Shown here: positions 10,209-20,495 of the stretch, in pieces | Layout of the letters: each line of letters opens with the position of its first letter | Numbering within the stretch: position 1 is the stretch's first letter | The notes under the pieces: generated by a model | Databases searched by the model: none | What the model was told of the DNA's origin: nothing | The model's input: only the letters and a program-made list of their open reading frames with translations | From: Polyangiaceae bacterium | GTDB lineage: Bacteria > Myxococcota_A > Polyangia > Polyangiales > Polyangiaceae | Direction: 5' to 3' | DNA length: 64,000 nucleotides | Assembly: GCA_965222375.1 (NCBI GenBank) | Contig: CBDCTZ010000016.1 | Span: 224,001-288,000, forward strand | Translations under genes and position numbers: made by a program

Positions 10209-11318
10209 TCAGCACTGAGACGGGTCGACGCAGACCCCGGTGCGCGGCGTCGCGCTACCCTTACCTATGCCGCACCACGCGGGTAGGTCAGAAGGCAAGC
10301 CGCTCTGAGAATAGGGCGACTGCCCCGCCTTCAGCCAATAGGGGTGGTCCAAAACAAACTGCCACAGGCCCTGATAGGTCGAGAGACTGCCATCGAAGGG
10401 CGGCTGAGAATGCCCGCAGTTGTGAATGCACTCGATGAAGAAGTGGCCGCCCTTTTCCAAACCATCTTCCAGGTTCTTGGAAGTGGTCTCGAACTGCAGC
10501 AAGCCCAGACAGTTGTCGGTGGTCCCGCCCCACAGGACGAGCCCTGGCATGGCGTGCTCGCTTGGTTTCCAGGAACGAATCACACCACCCGTGCCTCCAG
10601 ACAGGGAAATGAAGGACGAGAGGTGTTTGCCGCGCTCGATGGCGAGCTGGCTAGTCCACAGCGCGCCAGCGCTCACGCCCGCGCTGGAGACGCAGTTTTC
10701 GTTGACCGTGAATTGTTGACCCACACACGCCAGCATGTCGTCGAAGAACTTGAGCCCCTCGTCGACCCGAGCCTGACTGGAAGCGATCTCCATAGGCCAG
10801 GTGAACAGGGTGTCGCCCTTCTTCTCCGGAAGCACTGCGATGAAGCGCTGAGTATCGACGGCGTTTTGCACGTCACCCTTTTCGTAGAAGTCCTTGGCGT
10901 CTCCCCCGAGCCAATGCCACAAGAAGATCACCGGCAGCTGTTCGTTCGGTTTCACGTCCTTAGGCAGTGCCAAGCGGAATGTGCGCGGTCCGCCCGAGCT
11001 CGTGATGGTGTTGTCGCCCGCAGCGAGGGTCGGGCAGGTTCCCGCGTAGGTCGGCAGTGGTGCGGGCTTCTCCGCGCCGGGTGGTGGAGTGTCCGCGCAG
11101 GTACCCAGAGGTCCTGTTGCGCCTTGGCCCCCGGCGCCGGCGCTGCCTGAGGACCCGGCCTGCCCCGCCGTGCCACCGCTGCTGCCGGCCGCACCAGCTT
11201 GCCCACCCACTCCACCACTCGACGAGCCGCCGCTTGAGGAGTCGGAGTCCGAGCTGCCGCCGCAGCCCACGGACAGCCCAAAACCCACCACGAGCCCGCA
11301 AAACCACCTGTTTCGCAT
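10209..11318 (-). CDS. Lipoprotein alpha/beta-hydrolase (PHB depolymerase/esterase-like)
   Basis: Lipobox SVGC, Gly/Ser linker, LPVIFLWHWLGG, nucleophile motif GVSAG, and HNCGH. Confidence 0.8.
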   Translation of the reverse strand: MRNRWFCGLVVGFGLSVGCGGSSDSDSSSGGSSSGGVGGQAGAAGSSGGTAGQAGSSGSAGAGGQGATGPLGTCADTPPPGAEKPAPLPTYAGTCPTLAAGDNTITSSGGPRTFRLALPKDVKPNEQLPVIFLWHWLGGDAKDFYEKGDVQNAVDTQRFIAVLPEKKGDTLFTWPMEIASSQARVDEGLKFFDDMLACVGQQFTVNENCVSSAGVSAGALWTSQLAIERGKHLSSFISLSGGTGGVIRSWKPSEHAMPGLVLWGGTTDNCLGLLQFETTSKNLEDGLEKGGHFFIECIHNCGHSQPPFDGSLSTYQGLWQFVLDHPYWLKAGQSPYSQSGLPSDLPAWCGIGKGSATPRTGVCVDPSQC

Positions 11319-11392
11319 GGCGGTCAGGATACGCTGTGGGCGCTAGTCTCGCCAGCTGGGAACAAATGCTCCGCCGAGAAGACCAAACAAAC

Positions 11393-12583
11393 ATGCACGC
11401 GATTCCAGGGGGACTTCTTCTTGCAGCGGGCTGCGCCGCGCTCGCCTGCGCGCCGGCAGCGCCGCCACCCGCAGCGTCGCCTACCACCACCCCTGTGCCT
11501 GTGATCCGCGCTGAGCCCCCGCAGGCCACTCCGCCAGCACCAGCGCGCACGGCTGGCCCGAATCGCTGTCTGCCCAAGGGCCGCCTGGCGCTTCCAAAGC
11601 CCGTGGAGCTGCATTCTCCGGGTGCTTGTGTGGACCACCGCCGACAAGAAGCGCGGATCGCCCGGGACCTGAAAAAGGAATTCAAGCCGACCGCGAAGGG
11701 TAGCCGGGTCGAAGTGAGCTTCGGTTGCGATCCACTGACTTTCGATGTTCACCAGATCCATCTGGAGGTGGGCTACGGCCACGGAGGCCACCTCGCCCTA
11801 TGGCGCCTGCAGCGCGCAAAGGACGACGACAAGGAGTACCAGGTGCTAGGCATCGTGCACCGGCTCACGGGTGGCGGCTACGAGAAGTACACCTATGAAG
11901 TGGCGTCGCGCTTCGAAGCCAGGATCGGAACCGGAAGCGTGGACGCCAAAGTGGTGGACGCAGCGCTGCTCAAGGCTCGTCCCGCCATGACCGCGCGGAT
12001 TCGCGAACTGCAACCGCCGCCCAGCGGCGGTCTCAGCATGTCGTCGTTTACTAGCAGCGGCAATTTCCACCATGCGATCCAAATCCTGGACTCGATGCCC
12101 CACGTGCTAGAAGGCAGACATACGGGCTACCCGAGCAGTGGCGATCAGGCGCGCTACTTGGGACTGGTCCGGGCCATGGGCGATCTGCGGCCCTTGATCG
12201 ACAAGATCGAACCCCAGGTTGCCGAGCCTACGCCGGATCAGCGCAAGTACTTTGCTGAACGCTTCGTCGCGGCGTCCCCCCGCTTCGAGGACGAATACGC
12301 CTGGTGGGTCCGGGACCGCTACGTGAAGCTTGCCGGCAAGTTGGGCGGGCCGGAGCTAGTTCCTATCCTCTTGGACGTCCTGCGCGCGCGCCTTGCCGAG
12401 GTGCAAAAGGCCAAGCCCGAGGGCGGCGCGGATGGCCGCCTGGTCGACACCGTGAGCGCGCTAGCCGGCGTGACGGGCTGGGACGCGCGCTTCAACCCAG
12501 ATGGCTCGCCCCGCCCGCCCGAAAAGGTCGCTCGAGAGTACCTCGCCGAGTGCACCACGGCCCTGCACGCCAGCACTCGCTAG
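11393..12583 (+). CDS. Hypothetical lipoprotein
   Basis: ATG at 11393, lipobox ALAC, Pro-rich linker and strong GC3 bias. Confidence 0.7.
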   Translation: MHAIPGGLLLAAGCAALACAPAAPPPAASPTTTPVPVIRAEPPQATPPAPARTAGPNRCLPKGRLALPKPVELHSPGACVDHRRQEARIARDLKKEFKPTAKGSRVEVSFGCDPLTFDVHQIHLEVGYGHGGHLALWRLQRAKDDDKEYQVLGIVHRLTGGGYEKYTYEVASRFEARIGTGSVDAKVVDAALLKARPAMTARIRELQPPPSGGLSMSSFTSSGNFHHAIQILDSMPHVLEGRHTGYPSSGDQARYLGLVRAMGDLRPLIDKIEPQVAEPTPDQRKYFAERFVAASPRFEDEYAWWVRDRYVKLAGKLGGPELVPILLDVLRARLAEVQKAKPEGGADGRLVDTVSALAGVTGWDARFNPDGSPRPPEKVAREYLAECTTALHASTR

Positions 12584-12600
12584 CGCCTGCGTCGTTTGGT

Positions 12601-12642
12601 TTGGGGTCGAGCCCTGTGCCGGCCCTGGGCCACTACTCCCGC
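12601..12642 (+). repeat. Dispersed bipartite repeat, copy A
   Basis: TTGGGGTCG-N23-CTACTCCCGC, 17 nt after the stop at 12583. Confidence 0.8.
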
Positions 12643-12943
12643 CCAGGGCCAAACCGCGCCTGGCCGAGGTACCGCGCGCGATTGTGAACGCGGAAGTGTC
12701 TTGGGCACTAATGCGCGACGGCAGTTGCATGTGCTCGAGCCTGCGTCGTTCCAGAAGACGTCCCAGCGCTTCCGCGTTCACCAGATTAGCTTGGCCAGCA
12801 GCGTTGGCAAACATCGCACAACGAAAAGGCTCGACCGGTCCAGAAGCTGGGAGTAGGTTTGAGATTGGTGTGCTGCTGACGGTTCACCAGCAGTCGGCTG
12901 GTTCGGAAGAAGCTCGTCGACTAGCTTGCAAGGGGAGGCCGGT

Positions 12944-14443
12944 GTGCATCGGATCACATTAGTGGCGTTGTTAGTGGTCGCGACCTCGTTCGGCGCCTGC
13001 AGTGGCAGTGATGGAGACGGAAGCGCCGGTGGCACGTCGTCTGGCGGAACGGCAGCTGGAGGCAGCTCTTCGGGCGGAAACTCTGGAGCTGGTCCAGATT
13101 GCGCGACCGGGTGCGACGACGGGTTGCCTTGCACGATCGACACCTGCGTGAAGGGTGTCTGTGGTCACGCCCCGGCGCCAAAGAGCTGCCCGTCTGGCGA
13201 GTATTGTGACAGGGGGAGGGGCTGTATTGCGAGCCCGCCCTGCGCGGACACCGGGCAGTGCCTGAATCTGTGGGGCTCGGATGCGTGCAAGACGAGCATC
13301 GCGTGCGATCCGGTCACCGCGACCTGCACCTTCGAAGCTCTAGACAAAGATGGTGATGGCAGCGCGCCGATCGTATGCGGCGGGGGAGATTGTGATGACA
13401 CCGATCCGCAGAGCAGTGTTGGCGCTGCCGAAGTCTGCAATGGCGAGGATGACGACTGCGACGACGAGGTAGACGAGGGTTGCGCATGCCCGAGCGGGCA
13501 AATCCTGTGCGCGGGGCTATGCGTCGATCCTGAGAAGGATTCGAAGAACTGTGGCTCGTGCAAGAAGGATTGTGGCATCGGCGCCTGCGAGGCCGGCACC
13601 TGCGGTCCGCGAGTGCTCGCGCCGGGGCCAGGGATGCGTGGGTTGGCTGTGGATGCAACCGGCGTCTACTTCGGACTCAACAACACGATCCGCAAGTGCT
13701 CGCTGACTGGTTGCAACGATCCACCAGACACTCTCGCGACGACCATCCTTGGCAACAGGCTCGCGGTCACCGCTGACTCCATCTACGTCGCCAGCGGCAT
13801 CGATCTGAGGAAGGTTCCGAAGCAAGGTGGCAAGTCTACCAAGATCGGAACCTATTCCTCTTTGATTGGCCCGACCACGAGCGGCGGTATCATCTGCTGG
13901 TCAAGTAGCGGCACAGTCTACTGTGGATCATCATCCAAGGTTGCTTCCGGAGGACTTGTCACTGACCTCGCAATGGATGGCCTGAACGTCTATTGGCTGG
14001 ACACCAACCCGGTCCTCGGCGGCGTGAAATGGTGCCAAACGTTTGGGTGCACGGTGCCACAAGTGTTGGCACCGGCCGGCGGCGGCCTTGGTTCAATCGC
14101 CGTACACTCGGGTGAGCTGTTCTGGGGTGTGGGGGGGGCTATCCGCAGCTGCTCGACGGGCGGTTGCCCCAGCGGGTCGACCGTGGTGCTGCCAGTCCAG
14201 ACAGGCGTGGTGAAAGCTCTCACCGCAGATGCGTCTCATGTCTACTTCATACTGGGTAGCCCTTCCGGGGGCGTCGGAGCGCTGATGCGCTGCCCGCGCA
14301 CCGGCTGTCCCAACGGGCCGACGATGCTGGCGGATGCTCAGCCCCACCCTGGATCTGTCGCGGTCTGGGAAGACGCGGTGTACTGGGTCACCGGCGTGGG
14401 CCTTGGCGCAAGCTCAGGTGGTCTGCTCGTCATGCCGAAGTGA
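12944..14443 (+). CDS. Cys-rich lipoprotein with a MopE-like metal-binding motif and a C-terminal beta-propeller-like region
   Basis: GGAGG before GTG 12944; lipobox FGAC; DCDDTDP..AAEVCNGEDDDCDDEVDE; C..G..LC.G.CVD...D.KNCGSC motif; repeated lAvD..vYW blades. Confidence 0.75.
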   Translation: MHRITLVALLVVATSFGACSGSDGDGSAGGTSSGGTAAGGSSSGGNSGAGPDCATGCDDGLPCTIDTCVKGVCGHAPAPKSCPSGEYCDRGRGCIASPPCADTGQCLNLWGSDACKTSIACDPVTATCTFEALDKDGDGSAPIVCGGGDCDDTDPQSSVGAAEVCNGEDDDCDDEVDEGCACPSGQILCAGLCVDPEKDSKNCGSCKKDCGIGACEAGTCGPRVLAPGPGMRGLAVDATGVYFGLNNTIRKCSLTGCNDPPDTLATTILGNRLAVTADSIYVASGIDLRKVPKQGGKSTKIGTYSSLIGPTTSGGIICWSSSGTVYCGSSSKVASGGLVTDLAMDGLNVYWLDTNPVLGGVKWCQTFGCTVPQVLAPAGGGLGSIAVHSGELFWGVGGAIRSCSTGGCPSGSTVVLPVQTGVVKALTADASHVYFILGSPSGGVGALMRCPRTGCPNGPTMLADAQPHPGSVAVWEDAVYWVTGVGLGASSGGLLVMPK

Positions 14444-14488
14444 TGCACCAACGCGCTTCAGCGCCCACGATAGCGAAACGCCCGAGGC

Positions 14489-15073
14489 TTGGCCGCCGAA
14501 TGGCGTTCGTGGCAAGACGCTGATGTGGCGGCGCGACGAAAACAGCGGACTTCCAAGAAGGCACTGGCCGATGAGACGCTCGAGAAGAACGCCTTGTCGT
14601 ATTTGAATCGCTTCGACAGCAGCGTGGCGAACCTCCGCAAGGTGCTGAAGCGACACATTCGTCGTCATGCGCGCGATGCCGATCCGGAGCTCGTCGAAAA
14701 GGCCGAGCTGTGTGCCGAAGGTATTATCGAGCGCTACCAGGGCTCGGGTTTGCTCGACGATCGTCGCTACGCGTCCACCATGGCCTGGTCCCTACGTGAG
14801 CGAGGTAGTTCGGCGCGGGCCATCGAACACAAGCTGGCAGCGCGGGGCGTCGAGGCCAGCGCCATCCGTGACGCCATCTCGGACGTCGACAAAGATTGCG
14901 ACGAAGACGCCGAGCTCGTCTCCGCGCGGCGCTTCGCCCGCCGCCGTCGCATCGGCCCGCATCGTGCGCCCGCCGAACGCAACGCAAAGCGCGAACGCGA
15001 CCTGGGGGCGCTTGCGCGTGCGGGCTTCAGCCTCGACGTAGCGCGTCGAGTGCTTGACGAAGAACTGACTTGA
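14489..15073 (+). CDS. recX: Regulatory protein RecX (start may be GTG 14525)
   Basis: ALSYLNRFDSS..NLRKVL, GLLDDRRYA, RGSSARAIEHKLAARGV and LARAGFS motifs. Confidence 0.88.
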   Translation: MAAEWRSWQDADVAARRKQRTSKKALADETLEKNALSYLNRFDSSVANLRKVLKRHIRRHARDADPELVEKAELCAEGIIERYQGSGLLDDRRYASTMAWSLRERGSSARAIEHKLAARGVEASAIRDAISDVDKDCDEDAELVSARRFARRRRIGPHRAPAERNAKRERDLGALARAGFSLDVARRVLDEELT

Positions 15074-15078
15074 CGGCC

Positions 15079-15192
15079 TTACTTGCCTGCGCGGACGCGC
15101 GCCCTGCGGCGGCGGTTCTTTGCCTTGCGCTTGGCCGTGTAGCGCGCGCAGCGCTTGCGGTTCCGCTTGGGCTTTCCGAGATTGAGAAACAT
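15079..15192 (-). CDS. Putative 37-aa hyperbasic small protein
   Basis: MFLNLGKPKRNRKRCARYTAKRKAKNRRRRARVRAGK; 18 of 37 residues are K/R and none is acidic; lies in otherwise empty intergenic space. Confidence 0.55.
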   Translation of the reverse strand: MFLNLGKPKRNRKRCARYTAKRKAKNRRRRARVRAGK

Positions 15193-15337
15193 AGGAGGCG
15201 CTGCGTAACGCGCCGCGCGGCGTCGCGCAAGCTCGAGCTTCGATCGCTGATAATCCGAGCAGCCCTCCGCAGCGCCGAATCGCACACCCGCTTCGCCCAG
15301 ACGAGCAGCGCCGCAGAGGCGCAGCCTGCGCCCTCGG

Positions 15338-16759
15338 CTATTCGCAGCGTCGGAAGGCCAGCCCCTCGACGCTTGGGCCGCCGCCAGGAACGCAGTTAGA
15401 GCCGGTCGGGCAGAGCCCGTCCTTGCTGCAATCCCGGGAACATTTGCTCTGGGTTCGGTTGCAGTAGCCGAAAAAGCAGTCTGCATCTCGAGTGCATGCG
15501 CCGCCCACCTTGCCAGAGCCAAAGCCAGGCAAACAGAGCCCAATCCGGCTATTCGCCCCAATCGAGCCCACTGCAGTGCACTGGAAACCGAAGGGGCAGC
15601 CCCCGGCGTAGCGACACGAGTCCACGCAGGCGTCGCCAGGTAGGCCGTCCGTGGTGACCGTGGCGGAGCAGTTGACCGCCGGCGGACCTGGAATGGTGAA
15701 GGCGTTGAAATCGATGTGCTGGCCATCACCGCAGACGTTGACGACCTGGTTTAGGCCATTGCAGGCCCACTGGGACGGGGCCGAACCGCCCTCTAGAGGG
15801 CCGTAGATAGCAGTGGGACCGCTGGAGGGGCGCCGACACAGCCCGTCACAGGTCCAAGGGCTCATGCCCAGGGCCCGCTGAGGACAGTCCGCTGCCGTGC
15901 TGCAGGCCAAGGTGCAGCTGCCGACCACCAGGTTCGGGGAGAGATCGCAGGCTGCTGGCACGACGCAGGCCGAGTTGTTGACGCCGTCGCACGCGGCTGC
16001 CGCTTTGACGCAGACGCGGTTGTTGCTGACCGGCATGCAGCCCCAGCCGTTTGGACAGTCCGCTGCGGTCGTGCAGTTCCCCGTGCAGTACTTCGGCGCT
16101 GTCAGGCAAGCGAAGTTGCAGTTCGAGCCTGTGCTGCAGGTCTTGCCGATGTCCGACGGCACGCAGTGTTTGCTTCCAGCAATGTCTTCACACCGAGTTC
16201 CGGTCGGGCACAGCGCGCTCGCGCCGACCGCGAGGCAAGTTGGAGTGCAGCGTGCGGGCCCGCCAAAGGGCTTGCACACCAAGCCCTGCGCGCACTCAGA
16301 GGGGTTGTTGCACAGGTCCAGTACGTTCTTGGTGCCCGCGCCGCCGGTGCCCCCGGTGCCGGAAGTTCCGCCGGTGCCCGGTGTTCCGCCGGTGCCTGAG
16401 CTGGCGCCGGTTCCGGGGATGCCACCGGTCGCCGGAATGCCGCCCGTGCCCCCAGTCGTGCCGCCGAAGCCACCAAACCCACCCAAGCTCGCATCCCCGC
16501 TGGAGCCGCCGATCCCAGAGTCCGACCCGCCCTCGATGGTTCCCCCGTCCGGAGGATCACAGCGGCCCACCTCGCGGTTGCATACCAGCCCGATGGGGCA
16601 GTCCAGGTCGAGCTTGCATTGCGCTACACACTCTCCAGAAATGCACTGAGCGAAGGCGCAATCGCTGTTGCGCTCACACTCGGTTCCGGCGCAGCTGCCC
16701 GCGCCCAGCAGGGGCATCAGGCTGAGCGCAACCAGGGCAAGCAGCTGACGAACGCGCAT
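15338..16759 (-). CDS. Secreted or lipoprotein Cys-rich repeat protein
   Basis: Signal peptide, many C-x4/5-C modules and a GTGG linker. Confidence 0.75.
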   Translation of the reverse strand: MRVRQLLALVALSLMPLLGAGSCAGTECERNSDCAFAQCISGECVAQCKLDLDCPIGLVCNREVGRCDPPDGGTIEGGSDSGIGGSSGDASLGGFGGFGGTTGGTGGIPATGGIPGTGASSGTGGTPGTGGTSGTGGTGGAGTKNVLDLCNNPSECAQGLVCKPFGGPARCTPTCLAVGASALCPTGTRCEDIAGSKHCVPSDIGKTCSTGSNCNFACLTAPKYCTGNCTTAADCPNGWGCMPVSNNRVCVKAAAACDGVNNSACVVPAACDLSPNLVVGSCTLACSTAADCPQRALGMSPWTCDGLCRRPSSGPTAIYGPLEGGSAPSQWACNGLNQVVNVCGDGQHIDFNAFTIPGPPAVNCSATVTTDGLPGDACVDSCRYAGGCPFGFQCTAVGSIGANSRIGLCLPGFGSGKVGGACTRDADCFFGYCNRTQSKCSRDCSKDGLCPTGSNCVPGGGPSVEGLAFRRCE

Positions 16760-16797
16760 CGCCCTTGGAGAATAGCACTGTGGCCCGGCGAGACCGC

Positions 16798-17112
16798 CTA
16801 AAGCTTTCCGTGCTGGGTCAGAAGCTTCTGAATCAGCTTTTCGGAATAGCTGGATAGCTTCAAGAACACCACGCCCATGCCAGGAGGATTCGACTCGACC
16901 CGAACGACCTCACCAACGCCTTCGATAGTCTCGATGTCATTCATGATCACCGAAAACCGAAGGTTGACCTCCGTTCCGATGGGCAGTGGATTGTCGGTTT
17001 TGATGAACGCGCCCGTCCGGGAGATGTTTGTCACATACTCCTGAATGAACTGGTCAAAGGAGTCGAACTCCTTGTTGATCGTAACGCGTTCGTGTTGGCG
17101 ATCCGTCTTCAT
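16798..17112 (-). CDS. PilZ-domain protein (myxobacterial TIGR02266-like)
   Basis: RxxxR (DRQHER), NISRTGAFI and PPGMGVVF motifs; starts 1 nt after the RNase stop. Confidence 0.88.
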   Translation of the reverse strand: MKTDRQHERVTINKEFDSFDQFIQEYVTNISRTGAFIKTDNPLPIGTEVNLRFSVIMNDIETIEGVGEVVRVESNPPGMGVVFLKLSSYSEKLIQKLLTQHGKL

Positions 17113-17113
17113 C

Positions 17114-19522
17114 TCACGTCCCCTGCAAGTCGAATTGTTCGATGTGGTATTCGGTCCGGGGCACCAGCTCGATGCGCCGCATGTAGCGGCGCTCCGCTTC
17201 CTGGACTGCTTCCTTCTCTTCGGTCTGCAGAATGTCGATGATCGCCGGGTGCGCGTTCACCGTCACGTTGTAGCCCGGCAAGGACGCGCGTTCCCGACGG
17301 ATCTGACGGAGGATTTCGTAGGCGATGGTCTGGCGGGATTGAATCTGCCCCGTGCCATCACAGTAGAAGCAGGGCTCATTCATCGTGCGACTCAAGCTCT
17401 CGCGAGTCCGCTTGCGCGTCATCTCGAGCAGGCCCAGCTCGCTGATTCTGTTGATTGTCGTCTTGGCCTTGTCCTTCGCCAAGCGTTGTTCCAGCGCCCG
17501 GTACACCTTGTCGCGGTTCGACGCGACTTCCATGTCGATCAGATCCAAAATCACGAGCCCGCCTATGTTCCGGAAGCGCAGCTGGTAGGCAATCTCCTCG
17601 ACAGCCTCCAGATTCGTCTTCATCGCGGTCTCTTCGAGATCTTTGCTGCCCTTGCCGATGAAGCGCCCAGTGTTGACGTCGATGGCCGCGAGGGCTTCGG
17701 CCTGGTCGATCACCAGGTAGCCACCACTGGGTAGGGGAACTTTGCGGCTCAGGGCTCGGCCGATTTCGTCCTCGATGCCGTAGGCATCGAAGATTGGCTC
17801 CTGCCCTTGGTACAGGTGGATGTCCTTGACGCGCGCGGGCAAGAACATCTCCACGAAGCGAACGAGTCGCGTGTACTGGTCCTTGTCGTCGACGACGATG
17901 GTCTCGATCTCATCCGTGAACAAATCGCGAGCCGTCTTCAGCACAATGTCCAGTTCGGCGTACAAAACGGCTGGGGATTTGCCAGCTTCCTTCTTCTTGT
18001 TGGCAATGTCCGCCCACAGCTTCATCAGGTAGCCAACGTCCGCTTTCAACTGCTTCTTGGTCAGACCTTCGGCCACCGTGCGCACGATGAGGCCACCCAT
18101 TGCAGGCTTCAGCGAGTCGATCACATCACGCAGCCGGGAGCGCTCGCGGCCGCCACCAATGCGCTTCGAGATCCCGACATGCTCCACTGTTGGCAGATAG
18201 ACCGCGTAGCGCCCGGGCAGGGATACGTGACTGGAGACCCGAGCGCCCTTGGTGCCGATGGGCTCCTTCGTGATCTGCACGACGACTTCGTCGCCTTCCT
18301 TCACCACTTCCGTGATGGGTACGGAACGCGAGACCCGCGACGTGGCTTTCTTCTTGCCGCGTCGATCATTGCCGCGTCGATCGCCACCGCGCCCAGAACG
18401 CCCCGAGCGGCCCGAGCGGCCACCTCGCGTGGAGGCGCCGTTGCCTCGCGAAGACGAGCCGTTGCCCCGACCCGACGCTTCGGCCCTTCGCTCCCCAGAG
18501 CCACCTTCAGCGCTCCGCCCTCCGCGTCGCCGCCGTCCGCGCCGTCGCCGACCCCGGCTGTCGTCACTAACGCGCTTAGAGCGCCCTGCGTCCTCGTCTC
18601 CTGCGGCTTCCGAGGCCTCAGTCGGGGCTGCATTGGCTTCGTCACCTGCCACCGTCTCATCCGCCCACGCGCCTTCCGGCGGGGCGTCCTTTTCGCCGTC
18701 GCCGTCGTTCGCTTCGACCCCGGAGGCTTCCGCTTCCGGCGCGTCGGCCACAGAGGAGCTCGCCGCGGGATCAGATGCTTCGGGCGCCGCCTGGACTTCT
18801 GACGTCAGTACAGACGACGCGGCGACGGACGACGCGGCGACGTCTTCACCATCTTCGCCAGATTCGTCCTCGCTGGCATCGTCTTCAGTGCCGTCGCGGT
18901 CGCCTGATTCCCCTTCGGCGTCGCTGTCGTCCGCCTCGTCGCCGTTGTCCGCGTCCTCGGCGCCTTCGGCATCCGAATCGGTGCTGTCCTCCACCACGTC
19001 GTTGCCGCTTTCGTCCTCGTCATCATCAGCATCCGAATCGGCGTTGTCGTCCGCTGCGTCGTCGTCGCCGTCTTCGTCGTCCTCATCCTCCGCGTCCGAA
19101 TCGGCGGCCTCGTCGTCGTCCTCGGCGTCGTCATCATTTTCGGAGTCGGTCGAGTCGTCGTCGTCGTCGACGTCTTCTTCGTCCAACAACCCCGGCCGCG
19201 GCAGCTGCTTTCGTCGCCCTCCCGCGCCACGCCCGCTCGGTTCGTCGTCGTCCCCCCGGGGATTGCCCGACAGGTACGCTTCGAAGTCGGCGGGTTTGAT
19301 CAGATCCTCGACGTGCAGGAACGCAGCGCGCTCCATGCCAACGTCGATGAAGGCCGCTTGCATGCCCGGGAGGACCCGGCTCACGCGCCCCAGAACGATG
19401 TTACCGACTGTGGATCGCGAGGCCGCTCGCTCGATGTGCAGTTCGGCAATGACGCCGTCTTCGATCAAAGCAACTCGGGTTTCACGCGTATCACAATTGA
19501 TGACGAGAGTATTTCTAGCCAT
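17114..19522 (-). CDS. Rne/Rng family ribonuclease with a large low-complexity insertion in the S1 domain
   Basis: VLPGMQAAFIDVG, KEPIGTKGA, IDVNTG, RNIGGLVILDLIDM and Zn-link CFYCDGTG motifs. Confidence 0.95.
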   Translation of the reverse strand: MARNTLVINCDTRETRVALIEDGVIAELHIERAASRSTVGNIVLGRVSRVLPGMQAAFIDVGMERAAFLHVEDLIKPADFEAYLSGNPRGDDDEPSGRGAGGRRKQLPRPGLLDEEDVDDDDDSTDSENDDDAEDDDEAADSDAEDEDDEDGDDDAADDNADSDADDDEDESGNDVVEDSTDSDAEGAEDADNGDEADDSDAEGESGDRDGTEDDASEDESGEDGEDVAASSVAASSVLTSEVQAAPEASDPAASSSVADAPEAEASGVEANDGDGEKDAPPEGAWADETVAGDEANAAPTEASEAAGDEDAGRSKRVSDDSRGRRRRGRRRRGGRSAEGGSGERRAEASGRGNGSSSRGNGASTRGGRSGRSGRSGRGGDRRGNDRRGKKKATSRVSRSVPITEVVKEGDEVVVQITKEPIGTKGARVSSHVSLPGRYAVYLPTVEHVGISKRIGGGRERSRLRDVIDSLKPAMGGLIVRTVAEGLTKKQLKADVGYLMKLWADIANKKKEAGKSPAVLYAELDIVLKTARDLFTDEIETIVVDDKDQYTRLVRFVEMFLPARVKDIHLYQGQEPIFDAYGIEDEIGRALSRKVPLPSGGYLVIDQAEALAAIDVNTGRFIGKGSKDLEETAMKTNLEAVEEIAYQLRFRNIGGLVILDLIDMEVASNRDKVYRALEQRLAKDKAKTTINRISELGLLEMTRKRTRESLSRTMNEPCFYCDGTGQIQSRQTIAYEILRQIRRERASLPGYNVTVNAHPAIIDILQTEEKEAVQEAERRYMRRIELVPRTEYHIEQFDLQGT

Positions 19523-19760
19523 TTATGAAGAAAAGGATGGGTCGCGGGCAGTCGTGCACGCGCCTACGAGAAAAACTGCGAGTCGGGCCCGACCACCGAG
19601 CGCGGACTCTAATTGCAGGTCACCATGAGACCCCTAGTGGTGTCAAGTGGTTAAGAATATTGAGATTTCACCGGCTTACCGAGCGGGAGCCGACCCGATA
19701 CGCCGCCGGGCAGCTGCTAGCCTCGGGTTTCGCTCCCTCGCGACCCACGGAAGACTCAAC

Positions 19761-20495
19761 ATGGCCCGCCAATTCCTCGTCCTCGATATCGAGACCATCC
19801 TGGACGCCGAGCTACCCATTGCCGAGGCGGCCGAGACCCAGCGTCTGCCCGCACCGCCCCATCACCGGGTCGTCGCCATCGGCTGTCTGCTCTTCGACGA
19901 GAGCTACAAGGTGCAGCGCCTCGGAGTCATCGGAGAGACCGACGACGAAGCCACGATGCTCGTCGAGTTTGCGCGCTATCTCGACCGCCACCGTCCGGAT
20001 CTGGTGACCTTCAACGGTCGAGGCTTCGACCTGCCTGTCATCGCCGCGCGCTGCCTGCGCCACGGCGTGTCGCTCCGCTATTACTACCGCTCTCGAGACG
20101 TTCGCTACCGCTTCACGCCGGATGGCCACCTCGATCTCATGGACTACATGGCGGACTTCGGCGCCGCCAAGCCCTGCAAGCTGGACATCTTGGCCAAACT
20201 CTGCGGTATGCCAGGCAAGGTCGGCATCGACGGCAAGGACGTCGGCCCCCTCGTACACGCTGGCCGCCTTGACGAAGTCCGAAACTACTGCTTGTGCGAC
20301 GTGGCGCAGACCGCCGGGGTTTTTCTGCGGGTGCAGCTGCTGCGCGGCGAGCTGGACGGTGAGGCCTACCGAGCGGCCATGGGCGGCCTGGTCGAGTTCA
20401 TCCGCGGCGAGCCAAAACTCGCCCCCGTCGCCGAAGCCATGAACGAAGAGCGGCTTATGTCGGTAGCGCCTGGACAGTTCGACCCCCGGCACTGA
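19761..20495 (+). CDS. PolB-like 3'-5' exonuclease
   Basis: ExoI LDIET, ExoII TFNGRGFDLP, HLDL and ExoIII YCLCDV. Confidence 0.88.
   Translation: MARQFLVLDIETILDAELPIAEAAETQRLPAPPHHRVVAIGCLLFDESYKVQRLGVIGETDDEATMLVEFARYLDRHRPDLVTFNGRGFDLPVIAARCLRHGVSLRYYYRSRDVRYRFTPDGHLDLMDYMADFGAAKPCKLDILAKLCGMPGKVGIDGKDVGPLVHAGRLDEVRNYCLCDVAQTAGVFLRVQLLRGELDGEAYRAAMGGLVEFIRGEPKLAPVAEAMNEERLMSVAPGQFDPRH

Noticed and set aside
17045..19628. Long antisense ORFs (for example 18249-19628; likewise 94-1524, 6271-7950, 47855-49120)
   Set aside because: These are shadow or alternative frames of well-supported genes, as expected at high GC.
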